This document shows, in pieces, positions 1 through 11,704 of a DNA stretch of 64,000 nt (positions are counted from its first letter, which is position 1; every line of letters begins with the position of its first letter). The position numbers and the translations under genes were made by a program. The stretch is taken from the NCBI GenBank assembly GCA_963728405.1, contig CAVSJV010000007.1:128001-192000 (forward strand). Reading direction: 5' to 3'. Source of the DNA: Methanomassiliicoccaceae archaeon. Its GTDB lineage: Archaea; Thermoplasmatota; Thermoplasmata; Methanomassiliicoccales; Methanomassiliicoccaceae. The notes below the pieces were generated by a model. It searched no databases. It saw only the letters and a program-made list of their open reading frames with translations, and was not told the origin of the DNA.

Positions 1-14
1 ACATTTCACCGTAA
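1..14 (+). CDS. 3' end of a gene, probably Sm/Lsm protein (partial)
   Basis: Ends ..ISP-TAA immediately before L37e; Lsm-L37e is a conserved archaeal pair and Lsm proteins typically end in ISP. Confidence 0.5.
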
Positions 15-27
15 AGGAGCTGAGGAA

Positions 28-195
28 ATGAGCAAGGGCACTCCATCAATGGGTAAGAGGTCAAGTGGCAAGTCACACGTTCCCTGCCGCCGCTGCGGGA
101 GGAGCGCATATAATATGCAAAAGAGCGTATGCGCTTCGTGCGGGTACGGCAAGTCTCCGAGGCTGAGATCCTATTCCTGGGCAAAGCAGAAGTAA
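28..195 (+). CDS. rpl37e: 50S ribosomal protein L37e
   Basis: Manual translation MSKGTPSMGKRSSGKSHVPCRRCGRSAYNMQKSVCASCGYGKSPRLRSYSWAKQK; C4 zinc finger. Confidence 0.95.
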   Translation: MSKGTPSMGKRSSGKSHVPCRRCGRSAYNMQKSVCASCGYGKSPRLRSYSWAKQK

Positions 196-199
196 AAAC

Positions 200-1603
200 A
201 TGGACGACAAACCCAAGCATTATTGCGGGGTTGTCGCAATGGCGTTGGACACCAACGCCGCTCCAGACCTAAAACGTGCTTTAAGAATTATACAACACCG
301 GGGCCAGGAGGCCGCCGGGGTCGTTGTTTTTGACAATAATCGTACTTCCTATGTCCGTGGCTCCGGCCTTGTGCATGAGGTCCTGCAGGGCCGGGAGTTC
401 GATGCGCTGAAGGGCAACACCGGCCTGGGTCATGTAAGATATGCCACCACTGGCTCGTCCTGCGCGGAGAACGCTCAACCGATCGTCGTTACCTCCATGG
501 CCGGTGACGTCGCTCTGGGCCATAATGGTGACATCGTCAACTCCGAGAAGCTTCGCACTAAGCTGCAGGGCGACGGGTGGGCTTTCCTTACTACCACCGA
601 CTCGGAGATCATCGTTCGCATTCTTGCCAACGAGCTCAAGCAGAGTTCCGACGTCATCAAGGCGATCCGTTCGACCATGAAGTTCCTCGACGGGGCCTAT
701 TCCTTGGTCATCATGGTTGGCGGCCGGGTGTATGGGGTCAGGGACCCCCTGGGCTTTCGCCCGTTGTGCGTCGGGAAGCTCCCTCATGGTTACTGTATCG
801 CTTCAGAATCATCGGTGCTGAACATCCTGCAGGGTGAGTTCATCAGGGATGTGCTCCCCGGGGAGGTCATCGAGATCACCAAGGAGGGGTTCACATCCTC
901 CAAGATCTCCGGCCCCACCCATCGCGCTCACTGCATGTTCGAATGGGTGTACTTCGCCCGGCCAGACTCGGTCATCGACGGCCGGGAGGTCTACGACGTC
1001 CGCAAGAAGCTGGGGATGATCTTGGCCAAGGAACAGCCGGCCAACGCCGATGTGGTGATCCCGGTGCCGGACTCCGGTCGCGCTCACGCCCTCGGCTACG
1101 CCATGGGCTCAGGCATCCCGTACGACGAGGGTCTGATGAAGAACCGTTATGTCGAGCGCACCTTCATCATGCCCGAGCAGAACCAGCGGGAGGAAGGCGT
1201 AAGCCTTAAGCTCAACCCCATCAAGTCGACCATCTACGGCAAGAACGTCGTTGTGGTGGACGATTCCATCGTTCGCGGTACTACGTTGCGCAAGATCGTG
1301 CAGATGCTCCGGAGGAGCGGAGCCAAAGAGGTTCATGTCCGCATCGGCTGTCCGCCGGTCCGCGCCCCCTGCTACTACGGCATTGACATGAAGACCAGGG
1401 AGCAGTTCATTGCCACCGGGAAGACGGTGCAGCAGATCAGCGACTACCTCACCGCTGACAGCCTGGGTTACACCTCGCTCAAGGGCTTGGAAGAGGCCAT
1501 GGGCATTCCGGAGCACGACCTGTGCATGGCCTGCCTCAACGGCGAGTATCCGACCAACGTTCCGGGTGAGAGGATGCGCTTCCAGAGGCGCCTAGAGGTC
1601 TAG
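200..1603 (+). CDS. purF: Amidophosphoribosyltransferase
   Basis: N-terminal CGV, QHRGQE, GHVRYAT, PRPP motif VVVDDSIVRGTT, Fe-S cysteines. Confidence 0.97.
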   Translation: MDDKPKHYCGVVAMALDTNAAPDLKRALRIIQHRGQEAAGVVVFDNNRTSYVRGSGLVHEVLQGREFDALKGNTGLGHVRYATTGSSCAENAQPIVVTSMAGDVALGHNGDIVNSEKLRTKLQGDGWAFLTTTDSEIIVRILANELKQSSDVIKAIRSTMKFLDGAYSLVIMVGGRVYGVRDPLGFRPLCVGKLPHGYCIASESSVLNILQGEFIRDVLPGEVIEITKEGFTSSKISGPTHRAHCMFEWVYFARPDSVIDGREVYDVRKKLGMILAKEQPANADVVIPVPDSGRAHALGYAMGSGIPYDEGLMKNRYVERTFIMPEQNQREEGVSLKLNPIKSTIYGKNVVVVDDSIVRGTTLRKIVQMLRRSGAKEVHVRIGCPPVRAPCYYGIDMKTREQFIATGKTVQQISDYLTADSLGYTSLKGLEEAMGIPEHDLCMACLNGEYPTNVPGERMRFQRRLEV

Positions 1604-2314
1604 TTTTCTCGAAGCTTTCTTCCCATGGGGACAGGCATACAGGCAAAGGCCGCACACCGGCACCTTTCCACTCGATTCCATCTCCTTGAAATGCAGTTCG
1701 CACGTGCGAGCATCATAACGCGTCTCCCTCGGTTCCGTCGCGACGAAGTTCCTACCGGTGAACGCTTTCTGTGGGCAGATGTCCACACACTCATGACATT
1801 CGCCGCACCGTTGTTCCATGGGCGTCCCGACTGGCAGAGGGGCGTTGGTCAGCACGGTGGTCCACCGCACCCTGGGACCCGCCTCCGGAGTGATCAACAG
1901 GCAGCTCTTGCCAATCCACCCGAGTCCGGCCAGATGCGCGGCCAGTTTGTGCGAGAAGGCGGCACAGACGCGCTCATCATCGACCCTATCTGACGCAGGC
2001 ACCGGGAAGGCCTTGAACCCGGCCCTCTGAATCTCGGAGGCTATCCTTGAGGCGATCGCATCGAGTCTCTGGTTCACGAGGGCATAGGCATGGGTGCGGT
2101 ACTCTACTGCCACAGACCGGATCTCCCGGTTGGGCAGGCGGTCCACGATGGGATGTAGCAGCGCCACGCCGATCGAGATGGCCCTTGGATACTCACCTAG
2201 TTCCTCGCCTCCTTGCCGGATGACCTCGTCCCTGGCCAGCGTCAGGTCGGCGACCCCGTACAGGTCCCCGCCGAGCCGGCGGACCAGCCTCGGAAGCTTC
2301 TCATGTAGTTCCAT
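1592..2314 (-). CDS. Epoxyqueuosine reductase/RdhA-like 4Fe-4S protein
   Basis: SHKLAAHLAGLGWIGKS..GPRVR, CGECHECVDICP, CGLCLYACP. Confidence 0.8.
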   Translation of the reverse strand: MELHEKLPRLVRRLGGDLYGVADLTLARDEVIRQGGEELGEYPRAISIGVALLHPIVDRLPNREIRSVAVEYRTHAYALVNQRLDAIASRIASEIQRAGFKAFPVPASDRVDDERVCAAFSHKLAAHLAGLGWIGKSCLLITPEAGPRVRWTTVLTNAPLPVGTPMEQRCGECHECVDICPQKAFTGRNFVATEPRETRYDARTCELHFKEMESSGKVPVCGLCLYACPHGKKASRKLDL

Positions 2315-2425
2315 GCATTAGCATCGTCCGACCCATAGATAATGTTCTCGAAATCTGGGATGTTGTTCTCGACCCTGTTGCGATGACAAACTTTAATTAC
2401 ATTGATTTCTTTGCCAGATTACATC

Positions 2426-2498
2426 GGGCAGGTAGATCAGCTGGAAGATCGCTACCTTGGCATGGTAGAGGCCGGGGGTTCAAATCCCCCCCTGTCCA
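2426..2498 (+). tRNA. tRNA-Ala(GGC); integration target
   Basis: Acceptor GGGCAGG/CCTGTCC with G3:U70, anticodon arm CTACC-TTGGCAT-GGTAG, T-loop TTCAAAT; AT-rich TATA-like box at ~2391. Confidence 0.95.
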
Positions 2499-3470
2499 CT
2501 CTCACTCTGGCTAACTTCATTTTGTACCATTTGCGGTACAATTAAGGTTTTTTGATACTGGCTGTATTGCACCATCGCTTCGTCCATGTCCTCAAAATCG
2601 AGGCCGAGGTACCTTATTGTCGTCCTCGTATCGGCATGGCCGAATATCTTTGCTATCTTCTCTAATCTGACCCCGGAGCGATACATCATCCGGCCGCAGG
2701 TCCGTCTCAGGTCGTGGTTTGTGAAGTGACATGTCCACCCGCTGCCCGAGATGGTAGAGCGTTTTATCAATCCCCGATTTGGAATAGGTCAGCAGCTCGC
2801 CTCCCCGCTCGTATATGAGCAGATTTTCAGGGACCTTCACCTTGGAATTCTTGGCCCTGGCCTTGGCAATCTCGCCGTTCCTGTAATCCCTAAGCTCCTT
2901 CCCAGTATGGCGAGTCTCGGGGTGCCAGGATATCTGTCGGTGTTTGCCCCCGTTGCGTCCCTTGCCATGTATGTGGATCTTGTTGGCCCGGTTCCGGCCT
3001 GACTGAAATGACGAAGTGGTGAGCCGTGATTAGCTCGATCCGCCTCATCGCCCAGGTCCAGCTCGAAATGGACGATGAACCGTTCCAGGCCTCGGGCCTC
3101 AGACCTGACCATCGCCGCGTCCTTGTCGCTCAGCCACCTTACTCTGGTCGGAGAGGTGTCGCCGAACGATAATCTCCACCTCTTCGCTTCAGGATGACCG
3201 GCCCAGCGCAAGAAGATGAGCATCCGGCCGATCTCATTCTCTTTGTATCGATTGGTGCCGGTGATGAACTCATCCCTCAACCACTCCAGGTCCTCCCGGC
3301 GAATCTTCCGCGGGTTCACCGGCCTCCTTGAAATCGTTGCAGCAGCTTGGAATAGACCGGTGCAAGGTCCATTCATACTGATGTATCGTCAGTTCGCTCT
3401 GTTGCATCTCCCGTTTCTCCCGAATGAACGCGTTTAGCTCCTGCTCGAGAGCGTACATCGGTCTTACCAA
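2480..3470 (-). pseudogene. Tyrosine recombinase/integrase, frameshifted over several ORFs
   Basis: HDLRRTCGR...FGHADTRTTIRYL catalytic H-x-x-R, H, Y in 2480-2770; N-terminal pieces in 2837-3376 and 3270-3470. Confidence 0.88.
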
Positions 3471-3767
3471 CGCAAGCCCTCCATCGAGATAAGGGTATTT
3501 CAGAGCTTATCAAAGATGCCGCCCGTCCCTCGCCGCGTGTTAACTTCTTAACTTTCTCTGCATCTGGCTCATAGGAAAAAAAGTGCAAGGTTAAATCATA
3601 GGTTAATCCTTGGGAAAGGGTGGCCGATGCCATCTAGTCGGCCTCCCCGAACTAAGGGGTACCTCTTCCGGTTGGTTTCGTAGGTAGCGAGGTTATGCTT
3701 CGACTGGGTGTCGATGAATCGGTTTGTTACCGGTTCTTCGTTTTGTCCCATAACCAAGGGTACTGAT

Positions 3768-4901
3768 TCAGTGCTTGTAACCCTCCTGGTGGCAAGCTGC
3801 TCGTTGCGCTTCCGCGAGTTCCCCGTCCCCCTCCATCTCGCACCCGACCCTATCCCTGATTGCGAGGACGGAGATGAGCTGCCTCTTCGGACAGTTCTCC
3901 CATTCTTCTTCGATACTATGCTGGACGCGGGCGAGGAAAGTCAGCATCGTCCTCATCGCGGGCCTCGGCGCTGCTCTTCTTGATGGTCTCTATCAGCTAC
4001 GTCCTCCTGACCGCTCAGGACGGCTGGTAAAAGCAACGACAGCGCGATATCGCGGGGCCGTCGTTCCAATCCCAGGGTTTCGGGTGTCTGCTCGCTCCCG
4101 GACCATCCTGAGAGCCTCATCGAGGAAGCTCGCATCGGTCAGCAGCTTGAGCCGCAGGCAGGCCCACCATTCGCGCCCTAAGCTCCCGATGCTCTGGGCT
4201 GTCGCTCTCCGGCACGATGGCCTTGGGATGCTCGTTCCTGCGCATCGTGAACAGGATTCCTCGGTTCTTGACGTCCTTGGCAGGGTGCGAGCCTTTGAGG
4301 GACAGGGCGGTGAAGCCTCTGGTCTGGTAGTCGCACACCTGGTGACTCTTTCGGTTGCACACCGATAGACTGAAGTACCGTCAAAGGCTCCCTTGACGAT
4401 GTTCATGATTGCTCTTTGTGACTCTTTGTCCAAGTCCTGAAGCTCGTCCAGGGCAAAGGACGGCTCCCAATGGGCTGCGCACCGAAACATGACCGCCGGG
4501 GTGGGTGATCATCATCTTGGTGCCGCGATAGGCGAGACGGGAGCACCTGGTCCAGGACCTGCCCCTTGCCCGATTCGGTGGGGCCGAAGATTAGCAATAC
4601 GGGCGAGCGGTCGATGAACGGGACGAGGTGGCTACCCATCAACCAGGTCGCGAACACCGAGGGCCACGCGCTGTCGGGGAACTCGATATACTGGTCGCTG
4701 CACCGCTGAAGGTCGATGTGCAATCTTCGGAATATCCCTCAGCAGATCCTTAGGTAATATTGGTTTCCGCTGGGTATCTCCAGGGCTGGCGAGAAGAGGA
4801 AAAGTACCTGCTCTCCAGCCAGTCGCCAACCTCCGATAGTTTTGGCGTCCCTCTTCAGGTCTGCTATCGTCCAGTAATTCACATTTGCCATTCCATATCA
4901 A
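3768..4901 (-). pseudogene. P-loop NTPase, primase/helicase-type replication protein (frameshifted)
   Basis: Walker A VLLIFGPTESGKG (4403-4723), Walker B FALDE (3993-4490), continues in adjacent frames. Confidence 0.65.
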
Positions 4902-5159
4902 CGCGACCGCCGGGTTGCCGTCATCGTCAAGATACGGCTCGGCCTAGGTCCAAGGCGAAACCCCCGTCTATCCTTAGGTGCCCTGGTCCTGGGAAGTACC
5001 TCCTCCCTCTCTTGTCACTGAGGTATTCAGGGGAGGAGGAGCTGTCGCTAATTCTATACCATTTTGACACCCTTTCACCACCCTTCAGTTCAGGTTCTTC
5101 TTCCAACTCCCTGACTACTTGGTCGATATCCTTCTCGGGGCGGTTCTATCACCAATCCA

Positions 5160-5573
5160 GGGGATGCTATTCTTCCTCCACTTTTGCCTCGCGTTTGATT
5201 ACTTCATCGGCGGGTATCTTGGGCCGTGGAATGCAGGGAATTTTTCGGGAAGTTCGATAAGCTTGATAATCTCAAGGGCCACTCTCCCACGCTGAGGGTT
5301 CTCGGAATCGTTCACCACCGCCTCCAGAGCGGCAACGGCCTGGGGGACAAGGCTCCTCAGCCGGTCCAGTCCGTGGTCCCATAGCTCCTGGCGTAGTCGG
5401 TTGCAGCTCGGCCTGGAATGCCGGATGATATAAGCGCCATTTGGTCACGGTCTCTCCTGCATACTCCGGTCCTTTAAGCCACCTCGCAGTCAGAGAGGCC
5501 TGTTACCAGCAGGGTGATGGCATTCTGCTGCTCGACGGTCAATGTCCTCAGGCGTGAGATTATGCGTGGTCAT
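5160..5573 (-). pseudogene. Helix-turn-helix protein resembling phage terminase-small/phBC6A51-type HTH (frameshifted)
   Basis: Joined frames read LTVEQQNAITLLVTGLSDCEVA..GV..ETVTKWRLYHPAFQAEL..RLRQELW..LRSLVPQAVAALE. Confidence 0.5.
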
Positions 5574-5579
5574 TTGTAA

Positions 5580-5768
5580 TCATAGCTCCCACCTCCTCCG
5601 GTCGGTACCCCTTGCGCAGTTCGGGATAATCAGATCTCCACTATAAGCAGCCACTCGGGATTGCTCATTGCCCGAGGCCAGCGCACCAGAGATAAGTTGT
5701 TCGATGTACTTGGTTCGAGGGACCAGTCCCCTCCTTGCATCGATTACCTTAAGGAGGCTATCGGGCAA
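5580..5768 (-). CDS. Small ribbon-helix-helix-like DNA-binding protein
   Basis: PDSLLKVIDARRGLVPRTKYIEQLI resembles the CopG/RHH pattern. Confidence 0.45.
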   Translation of the reverse strand: MPDSLLKVIDARRGLVPRTKYIEQLISGALASGNEQSRVAAYSGDLIIPNCARGTDRRRWEL

Positions 5769-5986
5769 GGAACAGCCGAAGGTCTGTTCTTACGGGACAT
5801 TATGCTGACTAATCCGATATGCCTATATCTCAGGTAATGCATGTTATTGTGCATGCAAGTGTCGCCATGAGTAATCACCCAGATTCGCCAACGGTTCCTG
5901 GAAGGAGTATATGATGAGCGAGGCATATTTGAGAATGAAAAGCGGACGGCAACAGTATTGCTCCACTGCCGTACTAGAATACCTTC

Positions 5987-6454
5987 TTGATTGTGAGGGC
6001 GGGAAGGTTCGTAGAAATGAACTGCGAAACCAATTTTATTGTTGGTATACGGAAACGTGGAATAAACCTCCCCGATATGTCAATACTATGGGAGTCACCA
6101 TATCTTCCGCTGACCGACCGGGAGCTTCAGCGGATAATGGATCGTCTTATCGAATACGGCTTCGTGACAACATCGACGAAGCTGCCCGCCTTTGAAAAGG
6201 ACCAAGGGGCGGAGAGAAAAATGACCGCCACTATGCAATCTGCGTCAAGCGCATGGTTTCGAAGGGCGATGGAAAAAAGCCCCAGTATCATGCCATATTT
6301 CACAGACCGATTTCAAATGCTGGAGCTAGTAAAGAAGGAATTGCTTGGGATTGACATCCAGGAGATGACCAAGGAGGAGCTGGAAGAGAAATTGGATTAC
6401 ATTCGGCTCTTCCTATTCATATCTGCAAAGTATAGGGTCTCCAAATGGGATTGA
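5987..6454 (+). CDS. Hypothetical protein (element cargo; N-terminus possibly frameshifted)
   Basis: 155-aa ORF with protein-like composition. Confidence 0.45.
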   Translation: MIVRAGRFVEMNCETNFIVGIRKRGINLPDMSILWESPYLPLTDRELQRIMDRLIEYGFVTTSTKLPAFEKDQGAERKMTATMQSASSAWFRRAMEKSPSIMPYFTDRFQMLELVKKELLGIDIQEMTKEELEEKLDYIRLFLFISAKYRVSKWD

Positions 6455-6619
6455 TGATTTGCTGAAAAGAACAAAAAGCTTAGCCTAGGATAATAAACTC
6501 GTTCTTCTCCCACTTGTATCAATAATAATCACTCACGAGGCCCGCCAAGTATGTCACTTTCAATATGCCAAGCGATAGTTTCTAAACTCGACTTGCATTT
6601 ACAGTCCCCCGTGGAGTAA

Positions 6620-7716
6620 GATAGTCTGGGGTAACAAGACGACCCAAAGTCAAAGCAATAGTTGAAAAAATATTACACCCTCCTCTCTCAAAGGACTGCG
6701 TCGTTAGATCGCTTTATTCTCTGGTACAGGTTCCATTTCTTCAAAAGTTAAGGAAAGGGGGTACAAGGTTCACGCTAATGACTATTTAAAACAGTGTGAA
6801 ATCAGAGCCAAGGTGATACTGCTCATCTCCGAGTCTCCTCCCTTCGAAGGCTTGGATTACCTAAAACCAAGCGGGAAGATGCAAAGGACATTCGAAGAAT
6901 CTAATTATATAAAGGCGATTGAATACCTTAACAGGCTCAAAGGAATTAAGGATTTTTTCTATTATGAATACTCTTCAGAAGGCAGTAAATCACAAGGACA
7001 GTGGGAGAGAAAATACTTCTCTGAATCGAACGCAATGAAGATGAAATATCATACGAAAACAAATTTACGATTGGAGACATGTAGTACGACATAATCACCG
7101 AAAATGAGCATGACATCTCCTTCTGGTCATGTTGATAGAGGCGGCTAATCAGGTCGCTAACATTTCCGGTACATATGGATGCTTTCTAAAAGAATTAGAT
7201 ACGAACGCCATAAATCAGATAAAGTTGTCCCGCTTCACCTTTGTGTAGAGATCGGATCTGACCATATTGTTACTAACGATAATGTCCCTCATAGCGGCTA
7301 AAAATGACCGTTCGGATGTTGTTTATCTCGATCCACCATATACTAAGAGGCAGTACGCAACATACTATCACATTCCTGAAACAATCGCCCTAGAGGATAA
7401 ACCGGAACTCATAGGGAAAACTGGAATTCGTGAGTGGAAGGCAAAGTCCTCAGACTATTGCTATAAACGAAAAGCGATTAAGGCACTGAAGGAACTCACC
7501 AGCGCTTTATGAACCAGGAAGATTTTCCTACATTTCATAGAAGCAATGGCCATATGGAAAAGGACGATATCCTCGATTTGCTAAGTGAATTCGGGCCACG
7601 TAACAGTCCATGATTACTCCTATAGACGATTCAATAGTGGGAGCATAGGGAGTGAAACCTCAACGAAAAATGGAAAGCCTTTGACAGAGTTCCTCTTTTC
7701 CGTAGGGGATACTAAA
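6620..7716 (+). pseudogene. Adenine-specific DNA methyltransferase (D12 class), multiple frameshifts
   Basis: SAM motif (L)FSGTGS..KVHANDY near 6715-6785; YFS..NA; catalytic DVVYLDPPY..QY..YYH in 7267-7512. Confidence 0.8.
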
Positions 7717-7717
7717 A

Positions 7718-8629
7718 ATGGACAAAGTATTGTGGAGAAAACTAACTAAGAACGACATGAACATGCTGATTAATGGCTTGGCCGCTCCTGCTGGTGGAGG
7801 AGGAGGGGCTAAGCACAGTCGCAATAGGTGTTGCTTCGGCGAATTTTCCCATCCACGAGTTCCTTTGGCGTAACCACTTGCGCTGACACCACAATAGATA
7901 CTCAGCCAGTCCCTGGGCTGGTGGGACCAAACCAAATTATCTTTACTTGCAACCCATCTAGGAGGAATGGGGAGTGGATTATATCTCAGCAACACCTGAG
8001 ATAGATACCCCTTTTGGACTGAAAAACATGGATTCCCGGCAGATTTCCCAGATGAAAATTCTCCAAATCGACCAGTGATTTTTATATTTACGGATTTTCT
8101 GGGGAATATCATGTACAGTTTTTGCACGGCCTCTCAGCTGAGTTCGTTGTTGCCCAGAAGTTCAGCTCTGATACTATCCTCAAATAAAAATTCCGGAATC
8201 CTAGATTACGATCGCTGAAATGGCAGCGATTACTAGGGGCCAATGTGCCAATAATCGACAGAAGATATAGCCCAGTAGATACGCCGGATGGGGCCATTGA
8301 GGTACCTGGAACTGTCCCAGGTCCGGCCCCAATGGTGAGCTGTGACACAAGACTAGGGAGAGTACGGGAAACCAAAAAATGCAAAGAAGTGAAGGAGGCC
8401 AACGGGCATAAGTGTGCATTTTGTGGTACCAGTACTCGCCCGCCCACATGCGGTTCCATATTCCGAAGGATGCCATATTTGGCCGTTAAAGGAGCTTGGC
8501 CCGGATGTAAAGGAAAACATCATCGTCCTATGCCCAAACCACCATGTTGAATTCGACTATGGTTCAGTTTCAATAGATCCTGTATCGATGAGGATACAGC
8601 ACATCGACCCTAGCAATCCTGTTAAATAA
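7718..8629 (+). pseudogene. HNH endonuclease (putative restriction nuclease), frameshifted
   Basis: Starts MDKVLWRKLT at 7718; CAFCG then HIWPL..GPD..ENIIVLCPNHHVEFD. Confidence 0.75.
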
Positions 8630-8710
8630 TAAGGTAGTACAAAACGAGCCATCAAATTGATAAAAAAATTGCATCGATTTACCACTACCAAAAATGGAAG
8701 AAAGGTAGCC

Positions 8711-11130
8711 TTATGGCAATATGACCTCCAACTCTTCAAACTTTTTCAATATCATCTCCCTTTGGTATATCGGAAAATTCCCTGAGGACCATTTTTACTT
8801 CTTCTTCGGAGAGCTTGTATAACTTGAAAACGAGAGCATCAATCTCCGATTCTCTACATCCAGTCTGTTCGAGTTATCCCACTTTGCCGGCTCTTCTCGC
8901 CTGGCCACTATCATTCCCCATTCTCTGGAGACTCATTCAATGTGTAAGTCAGTATTGAAACCTTTTCTATTAGCCGATTTTGAAAATGTTTCTGTACCAT
9001 TAACGGTGCCTTCTTGGATATGTCTCAATGGCGGGACAGGTATTTGCCTAAGAATGAACCAATTCAGCGTGATGTTTCCGATTTTCTGTCTTGCTAGGAA
9101 ATCGAACATGAGCTGAATTTATTGTAGTGCACAAGAGGCAGGCTTCAGCCTCTGCAGTACCTTCACCTCTAGAGTTGGTAATTTATTTGACACAACACAT
9201 TTAGGAAGTATAGATGCCCTAACGGTCCTCCTGTTTGTTGCTGCCGTTATGTCCTTGAATGCGAGGTGCCATGGCTTCAAGTTACCCTGCAATCTCATGT
9301 TGCACTGAACAGCATCGAGCGGGATAGCGTACCGAGATTTAACAAGAAACTGTTGGATTGGCCAGTTCCGTAAAAGATGGACATAATTTGATAAGCCGGA
9401 TCGAAGAATATTATCCGGTCTTGGTTACTGATGAACCTGCCCTGTGGTTGTATCTATCAACCATCTTGCCCTCATATACTCTCAGGTATGTGACTCCGTT
9501 GTCAAAAAGCAATCCAGGCTCTTCCCCCATCAAATACCATCGCCTGCAGTGGGTACAAAAATACTTGGAATCGTTGGTCATGTCGGCCTGTCTACGGAAC
9601 CTTACCCCCCAAGACCTGCTCGTCGATACCGTCCGATAGAATGTCGAAATTCTTATGAACCTTAAGGAGGAGGGGGTAATCACCTCCGGGTTCTTTGGAA
9701 ATCATGGATGGTCTTGGTCATAGGGTTTAGGGAGCGTATTTCACTCGCTAGTCAAAGTGAATATGAAGCTCAGTCGAAATATCCTATCTGATTTGGAATT
9801 GTAAAACGATACTCTCAATGGATTTTTACTGGTCCCCTTTATAGCTATTCAGGTATGAGAAGCGGTACCTCCCATCGACATTCGGGAATATCTTTTTTTT
9901 ATTAAGGAAATCAGTGGGACTCAACGATTTCTTGATTATGCATCATGTCGGAAAATAGTTCTTTAAGGTGATAGTCGGTCGCAATTCCGGTTGGTACTAT
10001 CGAGTCCCATCAAGCCACTTTCCACCAACAGTTCCCTACATCTCTCAACAAAGAGTGCGTAATAGTTCAGCTCACCCTTGGATGAAAAGAGGATAGTGGC
10101 CACAGGACTTCAGAAAAGTTGTCCTTTCTTTCACCATTTGCCGATATTTTTCAATTCTCTATATGCACATCATGGTTTGTCGAGTGAGCCAGCCTTTTCT
10201 CGATTTCGGCTTTGCTAGGCGCTGTCCATCCTGCACTCTCTAAGGCCTCTCTGGTTACTACCTTCACCTTCTCCCATGGAGGATTGGTGATGATTATGCT
10301 GAACCCCTTGAGGGTAGGGAACTCATGACACCAGTCAAACGGTTGGTCTGATGTGTAAGGTGCATAACCTGGGAGTGCGGGAAGCGGCTTCCTGAATGTT
10401 GCCCCCACAAGCGAGTCGCCCTGCTTTATGTTTGGAATTACGCCGTCAATTCCGTTGTAGGTGGTTTGCCCAAAACAAAAATCTTGAACCTTTCACAGCG
10501 ATGATATCCTTATCGACACCAAAAATACAATTCCTAACAATCTCTCTTCTTATTGATAATGACTCTTCCTGTGAAAGAGGAGGTGACGATGGCTTCGATC
10601 ACTCCTTTGTGAACGCAAATAATAATCCACCTGTTCCACAAGCGGGGTCCAAAATCTTTAAACTCGTGATATGCTCCAATATCTAGAAGTGTGCCACTTC
10701 TACAGAATTCTGGGTTATTGTTGAGATAATTACTAATCAACCTTTTTGAAAGATTAGCTCCCAATTCCGGCGCTGTGAGATATGTGCCCCCTCGGCGACG
10801 GCTTGTTTTTGATGCTTCGATAACATTTTTTGAGCCATTTTTGAAAGAAGATATGAATTCGACCTGGTCCGATAAAAACTCCCATAACCGGTCTGACTTT
10901 CTACAATCTATGGCACCGAAATGCCCAGCTAGCTCCGTATCAATTGCTTCTGGTAGTTCCAATAAACCTATTTCCTCTGGGATGGGTAATGAGCATATTG
11001 ATTTAATAAGGTATGAAATATAGAATTCTTTCACCAGTGATTTGTCGTTACATTTTTCAGAAAGGATGTTAGCGATGGAAATAGCTTTTGTAATATCTAA
11101 TTCGTTGATTCTGTTATGTGGTTTTTTCAT
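8711..11130 (-). pseudogene. Eco57I/Type IIG-like N6-adenine methyltransferase with TRD, frameshifted
   Basis: GTYLT, LDPACGTG, IITNPPW, GELNYYALFVER, VPTGIATD, C-terminal EIDALVFKLYKL. Confidence 0.8.
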
Positions 11131-11347
11131 TATCGCCCAATGTGCTAGCCTCTAGGATGTTTTCATTCTCAATAAGAATCCCTCTCTTTTTTAGTGACTC
11201 CAAGGATGTGAAGATGGAAGAGCGAGACCTGTCCAATGAATCCGCTAGTTCCCCTATTGTGGGTTTACGCTTCAGGGTTTTCTGCGAGTTCAATGAGTCT
11301 TCTCCATTACGTCGATTTGTGATGGGGTCAATTGTTTTGACATTCAC
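11114..11347 (-). CDS. Small winged-HTH regulator upstream of the MTase
   Basis: TIGELADSLDRSRSSIFTSLESLKKRGILI. Confidence 0.65.
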   Translation of the reverse strand: MNVKTIDPITNRRNGEDSLNSQKTLKRKPTIGELADSLDRSRSSIFTSLESLKKRGILIENENILEASTLGDNEKTT

Positions 11348-11704
11348 GTATCTACAAACAGAATGTCATATACAGCTTTAATATATACTGGTAGTATTTC
11401 TAAATCGGATATTCGGAAGGAATAGAAATCTTATGTTCTTGTTCTTTGAATGGAAAACTAGTAATTGTACACTGCCTAGAACGATGTTCATCTGCTCATT
11501 AATGAAGTAATAATTAACCAATAGTTCAGTTTTAACTAAAATTTAACTTAATTATTTTGATAATAGCCAGTCGTCAATATTGCGATGAATTAGTTAAATA
11601 AGTTAGAAGGAGTAGAGGACCAGCTACGGTTAATCTACTGTGGTTAAGATATTTTCTTAATAAAATATAGCTAAAAAAAGAGATGGAAAGGTGTTTCATG
11701 CGTT

